Source: an uncultured Acidobacteriota bacterium
GTDB taxonomy: Bacteria; Acidobacteriota; Blastocatellia; RBC074
Direction of reading: 5' to 3'
DNA: 64,000 nucleotides
Assembly: GCA_963796275.1 (NCBI GenBank)
Contig: CAWCKY010000004.1
Span: 352,001 to 416,000 of the forward strand
The first letter of the stretch is position 1; each line of letters begins with the position of its first letter. Made by a program: the position numbers and the translations under genes. Positions 54,785 through 64,000 of the stretch are shown here, piece after piece. Below the pieces are notes generated by a model, which ran no database searches, was not told the DNA's origin, and worked only from the letters and a program-made list of their open reading frames with translations.

Positions 54785-55708
54785 ATGGGTAAAATCGCAT
54801 TCGTTTTCCCCGGTCAAGGCTCGCAGCATGCGGGGATGGGGCGTGATCTGGCGGAGAACTATCCGCCGGCCCGGGCCGTGTTCGACGAAGCGGACGAAGC
54901 ACTCGGCTTCGAGTTGAGCGGGCTCTGCTTCAACGGCCCCGAAGAGGAACTGCAACTTACCGCAAATACGCAGCCCGCGATTCTGACCGTATCGGTGGCC
55001 GCATTCCGCGTGTTGGCAGCGAAAGGCGTCACCCCCGATTTCGTTGCCGGCCACAGTTTAGGCGAATATTCCGCGCTGGTCGCGGCGGGTTCTTTGAGTT
55101 TGTCCGATGCCGTTCGCCTCGTTCGCCGTCGGGGCGAATTGATGCAGGATGCCGTGCCGGTAGGCGTCGGCGCTATGGCTGCGATCCTGGGGATCGATGC
55201 CGTTAAGGTGACGGAAGCATGCGCCATCGCCTCCGGCGATCAGATCTGCGCGCCGGCCAATTTCAATACGCCGTCGCAGACAGTCCTCGCCGGACACAAG
55301 GAAGCGGTTGAACGGGCGATAGAAGAGTGCAAGGCGCGAGGGGCAAAGCGCGCAATGATGCTGAAGGTAAGCGCACCGTTTCATTCCGCCCTGATGATGC
55401 CAGCGCAAGAAAAAATGGCGGGACCGCTGCGAGAGACGACATTCAACGACCTGTCGATCCCGTTAATAAATAACGTAGACGCAGCGCTCGTAACCAGCGG
55501 CTCCGTGGCATGCGAGGCCCTCATACGCCAGATTTCCACCCCGGTACGCTGGACTGATATTATTCTCAAAATGTTCGAGCACGATGTTGGCACTTTCGTT
55601 GAAGTCGGCCATGGCAAAGTATTGGCAGGACTAGTCAAATCAATCGCAAAAGAAGCAGAAAAAGAGATCAGGTTGCTCACTGTGGAAGAACAGCTATGTT
55701 TAGTTTGA
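54785..55708 (+). CDS. fabD: Malonyl-CoA:ACP transacylase
   Basis: FPGQGSQ, TQPAI, GHSLGEY, VSAPFHS. Confidence 0.96.
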   Translation: MGKIAFVFPGQGSQHAGMGRDLAENYPPARAVFDEADEALGFELSGLCFNGPEEELQLTANTQPAILTVSVAAFRVLAAKGVTPDFVAGHSLGEYSALVAAGSLSLSDAVRLVRRRGELMQDAVPVGVGAMAAILGIDAVKVTEACAIASGDQICAPANFNTPSQTVLAGHKEAVERAIEECKARGAKRAMMLKVSAPFHSALMMPAQEKMAGPLRETTFNDLSIPLINNVDAALVTSGSVACEALIRQISTPVRWTDIILKMFEHDVGTFVEVGHGKVLAGLVKSIAKEAEKEIRLLTVEEQLCLV

Positions 55709-56439
55709 ACGGACAAATCGCACTGGTAACCGGCGGATCGCAGGGCATCGGCCGCGCCACCGCATTGCTGTTGGGCAAGCTCGGCGCAGATGTGGCCGTC
55801 ATGGCCCGTTCGCTCGATAGATGCCAGGCGACCGCTGATGAGATTCGAGCTGGCGGCCGACGCGCTGTCGCGCTACGCGCCGACCTGGCCAATCTTGATG
55901 AGATCAAGGGCGGGGTTGAAAAGGTCGCCAAGGAGCTGGGGCCGATCAGCATTCTCGTCAATAACGCGGCGATTACGCGCGACGGATTGATGTTGCGGAT
56001 GAAGCGCGAGGACTGGCAGGACGTGATAGACACAAATCTGACCGGCGTCTTCCTGCTAACCCAACAAGTTTTACCAATGATGACGAAGGCGCGCCGCGGC
56101 CGCATCATCAATCTCACTTCGGTCGTTGCCCAGGCGGGCAATGTCGGTCAGATCAATTACATTTCGGCAAAAGCGGGAATCATCGGATTCACGAAGGCGA
56201 TTGCGCGCGAATACGCTTCGCGCAATATCACGGTCAATGCTATCTCACCCGGTTTTATCGAAACACCAATGACGGCGGTTCTGAATGAAGCGGCGCGCAA
56301 CGCGATGCTTGAACAGATACCGTTGAAACGTGCCGGAACAGATGTCGATGTAGCTAACGCTGTTGCATTTCTCGCCTCGGATGAGGCAGGCTATATCACT
56401 GGTCAGGTGCTGAATATTAATGGTGGAATGTACATGTGA
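55696..56439 (+). CDS. fabG: 3-oxoacyl-ACP reductase
   Basis: [37 protein letters not shown]. Confidence 0.95.
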   Translation: MFSLNGQIALVTGGSQGIGRATALLLGKLGADVAVMARSLDRCQATADEIRAGGRRAVALRADLANLDEIKGGVEKVAKELGPISILVNNAAITRDGLMLRMKREDWQDVIDTNLTGVFLLTQQVLPMMTKARRGRIINLTSVVAQAGNVGQINYISAKAGIIGFTKAIAREYASRNITVNAISPGFIETPMTAVLNEAARNAMLEQIPLKRAGTDVDVANAVAFLASDEAGYITGQVLNINGGMYM

Positions 56440-56485
56440 TAGCAGGCGTTTTGAACATAATCTAAATCATTATTTGGAGGAACTC

Positions 56486-56725
56486 ATGGCAGAATCAATT
56501 GAGGAAAAGGTAAAACAGATTATCGTGGATGAACTGGGCGTGGACGAAACAGAAGTGACGCCGAATGCCCGTTTCATCGACGACCTGGGGGCGGATTCGC
56601 TCGATACGGTCGAGCTGGTGATGCGTTTCGAGGAGGAGTTCGGGATCGAAATTCCTGATGAGGAGGCCGAGAAGATACAGAGCGTACGCGATGCGATCGC
56701 TTATATTGACGAACATAAAAAGTAA
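56486..56725 (+). CDS. acpP: Acyl carrier protein
   Basis: [14 protein letters not shown]; ATG 56486 after GGAGG. Confidence 0.96.
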   Translation: MAESIEEKVKQIIVDELGVDETEVTPNARFIDDLGADSLDTVELVMRFEEEFGIEIPDEEAEKIQSVRDAIAYIDEHKK

Positions 56726-56754
56726 TTACCCCCGCAAAGCCCTGATACGATGAA

Positions 56755-56826
56755 AGATTTCAGTTTTCAGTTTTCAGTCGGGTAGTCTCGATCGATAACT
56801 GCAAACTGTGGACTGGAAACTGAAAA
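56755..56826. repeat. Heptamer-array palindrome, (AGTTTTC)n / (CTGAAAA) type
   Basis: Between acpP and fabF. Confidence 0.75.
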
Positions 56827-56845
56827 TTATTTTCTGAGGAGGGAT

Positions 56846-58096
56846 GTGAACAACCATATGATCAAGAAGCGCGTGGTAGTCACGGGCATGGGTTTGGTCA
56901 GCCCCCTCGGCAATACAACCGAGGAAACCTGGGATGGATTGATTGCCGGCCGAAGCGGCGTTGATTACATCACGCGCTTTGACACAAGCCGGCATAAAGT
57001 CAGATTCGCTGCTGAGACGAGGGGGTTCGATCCGCTCAAATTCGTCGAGAAGAAGGAGCTCAAGAAGATGGATTATTTCATCTTCTTTGCTATCGCTGCT
57101 GCGAAAGAGGCGCTCGATGATTCCTCGCTGAAGATTACCCCCGATAACGCGGAAGAGATCGGAGTCTACATCGGGAGCGGCATCGGCGGGTTCGGCGTTT
57201 TCGAACGCGAGCACAAGACGATGCTGGAAGATGGCCCGGATCGCATCTCGCCCTTCTTTATTCCGGCATCGATCATCAATCTCGCCTCGGGTTATGTATC
57301 GATCTATTCCGGAGCGAAGGGCCCAAACTCAGCGACAGCGACCGCATGTAGCTCAGGCGCTCATGCTCTAGGCGACAGTTTCAAAATCATCCAGCGGGGA
57401 GATGCGGTGGCAATGATCTGTGGCGGATCGGAAGGCGCCATCACCCCCATGTCGGTCGGCGGTTTCGGCGCGATGCGCGCGCTCTCGACACGGAATGACG
57501 ATCCGTCGCGAGCTTCACGCCCGTTCGACAAAGCCCGCGATGGGTTCGTCATCGGTGAAGGAGCCGGGATACTGGTCCTCGAGGAACTCGAGCACGCCAA
57601 AGCGCGCGGTGCCAAAATATATGCGGAGATTGTGGGTTACGCGATGACCAGCGATGCCTTCCATATCACTATGCCCGATATCAACGGCCCTCGCCGCGTC
57701 ATGCTCAAAGTGATCAAAGATGCGGGAATCGATCCGAATGAAGTTGATTACATCAATGTCCACGGGACATCGACACCGGCGGGTGATGTTAACGAGACCA
57801 ACGCGATCAAAAGCGCCTTCGGCGACCACGCCTATAAACTCGCAGCCAGTTCAACCAAATCGATGACGGGACATTTGCTCGGAGGCGCCGGCGGACTCGA
57901 AGGGGGAATCACTGCCCTCGCAGTACAACGGCAGATACTACCGCCGACCATCAACTATGATATTCCCGACCCCGAATGCGATCTCGATTATGTGCCGAAT
58001 CAGGCGCGCGCTGCGAAGGTTCGATACGCTTTGTCGAACAGCTTCGGTTTTGGCGGGACCAACGCAGCCCTCCTCTTCAGACGATACGATGAATAA
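56846..58096 (+). CDS. fabF: Beta-ketoacyl-ACP synthase II
   Basis: RVVVTGMG, TACSSG, HGTST, KSMTGHLLG, NSFGFGG. Confidence 0.96.
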   Translation: MNNHMIKKRVVVTGMGLVSPLGNTTEETWDGLIAGRSGVDYITRFDTSRHKVRFAAETRGFDPLKFVEKKELKKMDYFIFFAIAAAKEALDDSSLKITPDNAEEIGVYIGSGIGGFGVFEREHKTMLEDGPDRISPFFIPASIINLASGYVSIYSGAKGPNSATATACSSGAHALGDSFKIIQRGDAVAMICGGSEGAITPMSVGGFGAMRALSTRNDDPSRASRPFDKARDGFVIGEGAGILVLEELEHAKARGAKIYAEIVGYAMTSDAFHITMPDINGPRRVMLKVIKDAGIDPNEVDYINVHGTSTPAGDVNETNAIKSAFGDHAYKLAASSTKSMTGHLLGGAGGLEGGITALAVQRQILPPTINYDIPDPECDLDYVPNQARAAKVRYALSNSFGFGGTNAALLFRRYDE

Positions 58097-58152
58097 TTGA
58101 TAATTCGTATAAGCTACGCCAACAATTTATACGAACTATCAATTATCAATTA
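58092..58152. terminator. Inverted repeat (18/19) of the AATTATC heptamer family between convergent fabF and VWA genes
   Basis: TAATTGATAATTCGTATAA / TTATACGAACTATCAATTA. Confidence 0.65.
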
Positions 58153-59244
58153 TTCCGGATCTTTTCCCACATCTGCTTTTTCCATCTTCGCGGTATAGCC
58201 AAGCCGCGTGCGTGCGATCAATTTTCGGTTGTCCTTGGACTTGACGGAGACCCTGACTGAGCGGTAACTGCCATCTTTCCTCTCATTGGTCGGATAATAA
58301 TTGATGGTGTATTGCGAGCGGAGGTCTTTGCTTATCTGGGCCGAGATGGCATCCATCTCTTTGACATCTTGCGGAAAGAAGGCGCGACCGCCCGACTCGT
58401 CGGCCAGCCGAGTGAGCAAAGCTCGGGCTTTCAGGTTGGAATCCACACTGAGTGCGCTGCTCGACTCTTCATCGGGGATGAAACCGATGAAATAGACCTG
58501 AGCTTCACTCTCTTTTATCGCGGACATCACCTCGTTCTCTCTCGATAAGCTGTTTCTCTCGACTCCGTCGCTGATGACAATCAGAGCTTTGCGCCTCAGT
58601 TTGCCGGTCTTGGTGACATACTCGGATGTGTTGATGACGGCGTCCAGCATCGCCGTGCCACCATCCGGCACAAGCGCACTCAAAGCAGTTTCCAGTTTTT
58701 TCTTGTCGGTGGTGAATGATTGAACCAGTTCGGTCCGATACTGAAATTGTGCAACGAAGCCCTCGTCATCAGGCTTCATCTCTTTGAGCAGATCCCGGAC
58801 GGAGGCCGTCACCGACTCAAGTTTAGAGCGCATGCTCCCCGACGCATCTAGAACCAGGCCGAAGCTGATCGGCGTCTCCTCACGGTTCACCGACTCGATT
58901 ACCTGAGGGATCTTGTCCTCGAGAACCGTGAAGTTCTCTTTGTCCAGATCGTAGACCGGCGTGTTGGTCTGATCGATGACAGTCACGTCGAGCTGAACCA
59001 GCCCCGTGTCGATTTTGACGATCTCGTCGCTGAGATCGATCGGTTGATCGTCTATCTTCGCGGGCGGACGAGATTCCAGATTTTTGGGCGGTATGATCTT
59101 GAATGATTGCGTGGGCAATTGAGGAGCCGGTTTCGGCTTCGGCTTATCCTGCTTCTGCGCGGAAACCCGGACAATTGTAGAGAGAATAAAGAGGCACACC
59201 AATAAAATAAATCCTGACCTAAAAAATAACCTGTAGTTACCCAT
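58150..59244 (-). CDS. Secreted VWA domain protein (acidobacterial VWFA-related type)
   Basis: MIDAS DASGS, GGTAMLDA, ISDG, SGGRAFFP, LRSQYTINYYP. Confidence 0.88.
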   Translation of the reverse strand: MGNYRLFFRSGFILLVCLFILSTIVRVSAQKQDKPKPKPAPQLPTQSFKIIPPKNLESRPPAKIDDQPIDLSDEIVKIDTGLVQLDVTVIDQTNTPVYDLDKENFTVLEDKIPQVIESVNREETPISFGLVLDASGSMRSKLESVTASVRDLLKEMKPDDEGFVAQFQYRTELVQSFTTDKKKLETALSALVPDGGTAMLDAVINTSEYVTKTGKLRRKALIVISDGVERNSLSRENEVMSAIKESEAQVYFIGFIPDEESSSALSVDSNLKARALLTRLADESGGRAFFPQDVKEMDAISAQISKDLRSQYTINYYPTNERKDGSYRSVRVSVKSKDNRKLIARTRLGYTAKMEKADVGKDPE

Positions 59245-59484
59245 CGATAATCCTCTATTTATTTAGCCGGGATGAAGCCGGCTACAGAATTAGGAGGGAA
59301 GAATGAGACATTATACATGGAATTAGTTTGAATGAGCGCTCGCCGAAGTTTTATATAAAAAAAATAATGTTAGTGTATCGGGAAGTATCGACACAAAAAC
59401 ACAAAAGTGACACAAATGAAATTCAAATAGACACAGATGAGACATCGCTCGAGGCTATTCATCACTCTCGTCTCGCATGGTGTA

Positions 59485-60105
59485 TCACTGGGTCTCTGCG
59501 CGTTGCGGGAACAATCTCAACAGCGCCCACTCTATCCCCCACAACGTTATCCCGATAACTGAGGTCGATATCACCCAGTACAACCAATAGCTGCTGACCG
59601 TATCCTGCCAGATATCGTAGACGCGATGAGCCGTGTTGATATTGAACTCCGGCGGCGTGACGAATCGGCAAATGAACTGCACAAGTATGAACGAAATAAG
59701 AGCGGCCAGCCATGACTGCGATTGCGCGCGCACTTTTGCGATCGCCAATAACCCGACGACCGTCCCGCCCAAATGAGACGCGATCGAGACCGGCGTGACG
59801 ATATTGATCAAGTACATGTCGATAATCCACGGGGGGAGGCCGAAGATAAGCAAGAGCACAGACAGGCGAATTATCAGAGGGTTGGCGAGAAATAATCCGG
59901 CAGCCAAGAACAAGTTAGCCAGATGACACATCCACAACATCTGGCTCGCCTGGCCGAGCTGCTGATAGGCGACAAAACGCGCAACAAACAATATAAGGGG
60001 AAGCCAACCCAGTGACCTGAACCAGTAGGATTTCCAATCGGGGTATACGGGACCACCGGGGCCAGCCGGGCAATCAAGTTGTTCCCTGCCCTCACTTATC
60101 TTCAT
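59485..60105 (-). CDS. Hypothetical multi-pass membrane protein
   Basis: About 6 hydrophobic segments, LWMCH, NIN; start uncertain. Confidence 0.7.
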   Translation of the reverse strand: MKISEGREQLDCPAGPGGPVYPDWKSYWFRSLGWLPLILFVARFVAYQQLGQASQMLWMCHLANLFLAAGLFLANPLIIRLSVLLLIFGLPPWIIDMYLINIVTPVSIASHLGGTVVGLLAIAKVRAQSQSWLAALISFILVQFICRFVTPPEFNINTAHRVYDIWQDTVSSYWLYWVISTSVIGITLWGIEWALLRLFPQRAETQ

Positions 60106-60287
60106 TGCTTGATTCTCCATCAAATTTTGTTGAATAATGGCGCGGAATTCCACCACTTACACCCAATCGGACGCAAATAGTTTTACGCTCGGCGAAAGCG
60201 TTGGTTATAATACTAATCATCCGGCACACATCTCACGTGTCCCGAATCTCAAGCGCAAAGGCAGGCGCATATGTGGAGTTGCATGAG

Positions 60288-62573
60288 ATGGATCAATTTA
60301 TTCAGTTATTCTTCAAGCACAAGTGGTCAACTTTTGCCAAAGGGGAGCTTAGCTTTGCCAATCGCCCATCGTGGCTTTTGACGATCCTCGTCGCACTCGC
60401 CATCGTGCTGCTCGTCTACTTCCTTTATATTCGACCCGCTTATCGCATCAACTCTCGCATGAAATGGGGATTGATAGCTCTGCGGGCGACTCTGATGGCA
60501 TTACTTCTGATACTGATCATGCGTCCGGTCGTGGTGGTGCCTTCGGTCATTCCCAAGAGCACCAGCGTTGCGGTTCTCGCCGATGATTCGCGCAGCATGC
60601 AACTCGAGGATGAAAACAACCGTTCGCGCATGGCGGCCGCCCGAGAGATACTCGCTCCGGCTCATCAGTTCACGCGGGAGCTCGATGCGAAATTCAAAGT
60701 CAATCTCTATGGCTTCTCGACGACAGCGGTGAAGATCAAGGATGCTGCCGAATTGAAGGCCATGGGAGCGGCAACCGATCTATCAGGCGCTCTCGACGAG
60801 GCGGTTCAGGATTCCAGCGGTGCTGCGTTATCGGCCATCGTTGTGGTCAGCGATGGCGGCTCAAATACTCCGAAAGACCTGGGAGCGGAATTGCGTGAAC
60901 TGCGCGCGAAAAATATCCCCGTCTTCACCATCGGCGTCGGCAATCCCGATCGCTTCAAAGACGCCGAGATGGCGCGCGTCACGACGCCGCGCCGGGTATT
61001 GACCGGCTCGGCTGTTAGCGCTGATGTGCTGGTTCGCTTGAGCGGTTACCCCAGTAGCAAGGTAGCGCTGGCCGTGACCGAAGACGGGCGGGCGATCAAA
61101 ACACAACAGTTCGATGTCAAGGGAGGCGAATCGCAAACAGTGACGGTCGAGTTCACGCCGACATCTCCCGGTCCGCATCGTTATTCATTTGAAATCAAGC
61201 CGCTCGACGGCGAAACAACGGTGGAGAATAACGCGCAGGACGCTCTGATCGAGGTGACAAAAGATAACCCGAAAATCCTCTATATAGAAGGCGAGCCGCG
61301 CTGGGAATACGGTTTCTTACGCAAGTCTTTAGTCAAGAACGAGAAGAATCTGGTGCTGGTCTCCGTCAATCGCACAGCTGACGGCAAGTTCTATCGCCAG
61401 GGCGTCGAGAGCGGCGCGGAACTGACCAAAGGCTTCCCCGCCTCGATCGAAGAGTTGTTCGCTTATCAAGGCCTGATCATCGGGAGTATCGAGGCAAATT
61501 TCTTCACTTTCGACCAACTTAAATATATCGAGCAGTTCGCCGCCAAACGCGGAGGCGGAGTGCTGGCTATCGGAGGCGCCCGCTCTTTCGACGCCGGTAA
61601 GTATGCGAATTCACCGGTCGCCGATATGCTGCCGCTGACCCTGAATGACCAGATCGAAGAGCCCGAGATGCATATCGCATCGAACTATAAAGCGGTGCTT
61701 ACGCCGCGCGGCCGCGTTCATGCGGTCACCCGGCTCAATGAAGACCGCAACCTGAGTGCGAAGGCATGGGACGAACTGCCGCCGATCTCCATTCCCGAGA
61801 TAATCAATCAGACGAAACCCGGCGCGACCGTCATTCTCGAAGCGCGCAGCATCAATGACCGGACGCGCGTCGTCCCGCTGCTGGCTGAAGAGCGGTACGG
61901 GCGCGGTCGAACTCTGGCACTGACGACCAATGATACCTGGCGCTGGCGAATGGAGCAGGATTCAAAGAATACTTCGCACGAGAATTTCTGGAGGCAATTG
62001 CTGCGTTACCTGGTCTCCACTACGCCGAACCAATACGAGATTGCGTCTGAACGCGACGTATACGCGACCGCCGATATCATCAACCTGCGCGGCGATGTGA
62101 ATGATAATAAGTTCGATGCGGTCACTGACGCGCAGGTGACAGCGCGCATCACCAAACCGCAGGGAAGCACAGTCGAGATTCCCCTTGAGATCAATTACAA
62201 CGAAAAGGGCAGCGACTACCGCAACGAACTCACGGCCGATGAAAATGGGCTGTATCGCGTGGAAATGACGGCGCGCCGAGGCGGAACGACACTGGGGACA
62301 GCCGAATCTACCTTCTATGTCACCGATCGGACGCGCGAATTTCATGACGCCGCGCAGAACGTGGAGTTGCTCAAGCGCGTCGCCGCCGAGACCGGCGGCC
62401 AATATTTTCCGCTCAATCAGGCGAGCGATCTGCTCGATGAGATCACCATGCTCGAAGGCAAGAATTCCGAGCGTGTCAGCAAAGACCTGTGGGATATGCC
62501 GGTCAATTTTTTATTGCTCGTAGGATTGGCGAGCGCCGAGTGGTTTCTCCGTAAGCGCAAGGGATTGGCGTAG
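60288..62573 (+). CDS. Membrane-anchored VWA plus Ig-like plus class I GATase-like domain protein
   Basis: N-terminal TMs, MIDAS DDSRSM, SDGG, ENN, LYIEGEPRWE, YGRGR...TWRW, FWRQLLRYL, C-terminal EWFLRKRKGLA; ATG 60288. Confidence 0.82.
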   Translation: MDQFIQLFFKHKWSTFAKGELSFANRPSWLLTILVALAIVLLVYFLYIRPAYRINSRMKWGLIALRATLMALLLILIMRPVVVVPSVIPKSTSVAVLADDSRSMQLEDENNRSRMAAAREILAPAHQFTRELDAKFKVNLYGFSTTAVKIKDAAELKAMGAATDLSGALDEAVQDSSGAALSAIVVVSDGGSNTPKDLGAELRELRAKNIPVFTIGVGNPDRFKDAEMARVTTPRRVLTGSAVSADVLVRLSGYPSSKVALAVTEDGRAIKTQQFDVKGGESQTVTVEFTPTSPGPHRYSFEIKPLDGETTVENNAQDALIEVTKDNPKILYIEGEPRWEYGFLRKSLVKNEKNLVLVSVNRTADGKFYRQGVESGAELTKGFPASIEELFAYQGLIIGSIEANFFTFDQLKYIEQFAAKRGGGVLAIGGARSFDAGKYANSPVADMLPLTLNDQIEEPEMHIASNYKAVLTPRGRVHAVTRLNEDRNLSAKAWDELPPISIPEIINQTKPGATVILEARSINDRTRVVPLLAEERYGRGRTLALTTNDTWRWRMEQDSKNTSHENFWRQLLRYLVSTTPNQYEIASERDVYATADIINLRGDVNDNKFDAVTDAQVTARITKPQGSTVEIPLEINYNEKGSDYRNELTADENGLYRVEMTARRGGTTLGTAESTFYVTDRTREFHDAAQNVELLKRVAAETGGQYFPLNQASDLLDEITMLEGKNSERVSKDLWDMPVNFLLLVGLASAEWFLRKRKGLA

Positions 62574-62664
62574 CGAAGTTCCTCAATATGTTATTAAGAG
62601 TCATAGTAGAGCTGCATTAGCGGCGATCGAGCCTGGCTCAAACCGCTGCCGGCGCGGCTTTGAA

Positions 62665-63762
62665 ATGCGAATATTGTCAATGTTAACAATTGTAATGCGT
62701 AATTTAGCCACGACATTTTTGCTCTCGGTCCTGTTAGGCGTAACAGCGTGCGCGCAGGATGTCCCTATCGTGCCGGAAGGGCAACAGAAAAAGAAACAAA
62801 CGGAGGAGACGAAAGCGGACGCCCCTGTTGCAGCAGTCACGCCGCGAATGCCGGCGGATAAAAATAAATTCGCGATCATCATCAGCGGAATCAGCGGCGA
62901 AGAGATTTACGCGAAAAACTTCGGCGAATGGACCGTCAAATTGCGCAAATCTCTGACCGAGAGTATGGGCTTCGCTGAGGATCAGGTTATCGTCTTCGCC
63001 GAGAAGCCGGCGGGCAAAGAGCAGCGCGCCTCGGCCGAGACGGTCAAACAAATTTTCGCAACCCTACAAGGGGCGATGAAGAGCGACAGTCAAATCTTCG
63101 TCTTTTTTATAGGCCACGGCAGTTATACCGATAAGATCGCCAAATTCAACCTGATCGGCCCGGACCTGGCGGCCAGCGATTACGCACAGATGATCGCCAA
63201 GCTGCCCGCGCGCAACATCGTCGTCGTCAATACGGCGAGCTCGAGCGGCGAGTTTATCAAACCGCTTTCGGGCAAGGGGCGCGTGATTGTGACGGCGACG
63301 CGCAGCGGGACAGAAACTAACGCCACTCGCTTCGCCGAATACTTCATCGACGCTCTGGGTAACAACGAAGCGGACTCCGACAAGAACGGCCGCGTCTCGG
63401 TGCTAGAAGCATTCGATTACGCGAGCAAACTTACGAATGAGTCGTATGTAAAAGCGGGAAAGATAGTGACCGAACATTCCTTGATCGACGACAACGGAGA
63501 TGGCGCTGGACACCCGAAGGCGGAAGCCGGCGACGGGACGCTGGCCCGAACGGTCTATTTCGATTCAATCCCGCAGATGCAGGCGGGCGGCGACGCCGAA
63601 CTTGCGCAACTTTTTTCCGAGCGGATGCGGCTTGAAGGCGAAATCGGCCAACTAAAGGGCCGCAAAGAGCAAATGAAACCGGAAGAATACGAGTCCGAGC
63701 TTGAAAAATTGTTGGTCGAACTCGCGAAAATCAATCAGAAAATCAAGGCAAAGCAGAAGTGA
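62665..63762 (+). CDS. Secreted caspase/legumain (clan CD)-fold protein with C-terminal coiled coil
   Basis: FAIIISG, FFIGHG, VVNTASSSG, IVTAT, DSDKNGRVSVLEAF. Confidence 0.68.
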   Translation: MRILSMLTIVMRNLATTFLLSVLLGVTACAQDVPIVPEGQQKKKQTEETKADAPVAAVTPRMPADKNKFAIIISGISGEEIYAKNFGEWTVKLRKSLTESMGFAEDQVIVFAEKPAGKEQRASAETVKQIFATLQGAMKSDSQIFVFFIGHGSYTDKIAKFNLIGPDLAASDYAQMIAKLPARNIVVVNTASSSGEFIKPLSGKGRVIVTATRSGTETNATRFAEYFIDALGNNEADSDKNGRVSVLEAFDYASKLTNESYVKAGKIVTEHSLIDDNGDGAGHPKAEAGDGTLARTVYFDSIPQMQAGGDAELAQLFSERMRLEGEIGQLKGRKEQMKPEEYESELEKLLVELAKINQKIKAKQK

Positions 63763-63826
63763 GAGCTATCGGTAACGTGTGATTTGTGACCTTTACTGTG
63801 ACTCTTCCCGGTCAAAAATAAAATAT

Positions 63827-64000
63827 ATGCTGGCAAACAAATCGAGAATCGATTCGCGTTTTTTTCCGATACTTCCCCTGGTCTGCCTCATCTTCCTTCT
63901 GCTCATCTCCTGCGCCGCCGCGCAAAACCACACCATCGAGACCGCTCAAGAAGAGCTGCAGCAGGGAAAATATGAGGCTGCCATTACGTCGTTCAACCGC
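63827..64000 (+). CDS. Partial secreted protein, probably TPR-containing
   Basis: Signal-like hydrophobic stretch then AQEELQQGKYEAAITSF; runs off the window edge. Confidence 0.6.
   Translation, partial: MLANKSRIDSRFFPILPLVCLIFLLLISCAAAQNHTIETAQEELQQGKYEAAITSFNR

Overview
64-kb bacterial chromosomal window with about 50 CDSs. The gene families (Oar-like TonB-dependent receptor, zinc-ribbon TonB, secreted VWA proteins, PQQ/EF-hand propellers) suggest Acidobacteriota, possibly Blastocatellia; this assignment is inference. Core genes are argH, moaD-moaE, uvrA and the yceD-rpmF-plsX-fabD-fabG-acpP-fabF operon, which lacks fabH. Accessory genes cover peptide and sugar scavenging: an S46 peptidase, an S9 peptidase-D-aminoacylase fusion, an M19 dipeptidase, PQQ and GMC dehydrogenases, and MFS, SSS and TBDR transporters. 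Signals the ORF track does not show: (1) a promoter-driven two-hairpin sRNA candidate with complementary loops at about 1880-1960; (2) a broken RNA-repair locus with a SEC-C remnant, intact rtcB and an rtcA 3' fragment, where the fragment is fused to the 5' end of a group II intron sitting right after a REP-like hairpin; (3) about a dozen intergenic palindromes built from different 7-mer tandem arrays, often at intra-operon junctions; (4) a perfect in-frame 9-bp x8 repeat in uvrA; (5) a frameshifted SDR gene. No tRNA, rRNA, CRISPR array or intact transposase was recognised. All product calls come from motif recognition, not database searches.
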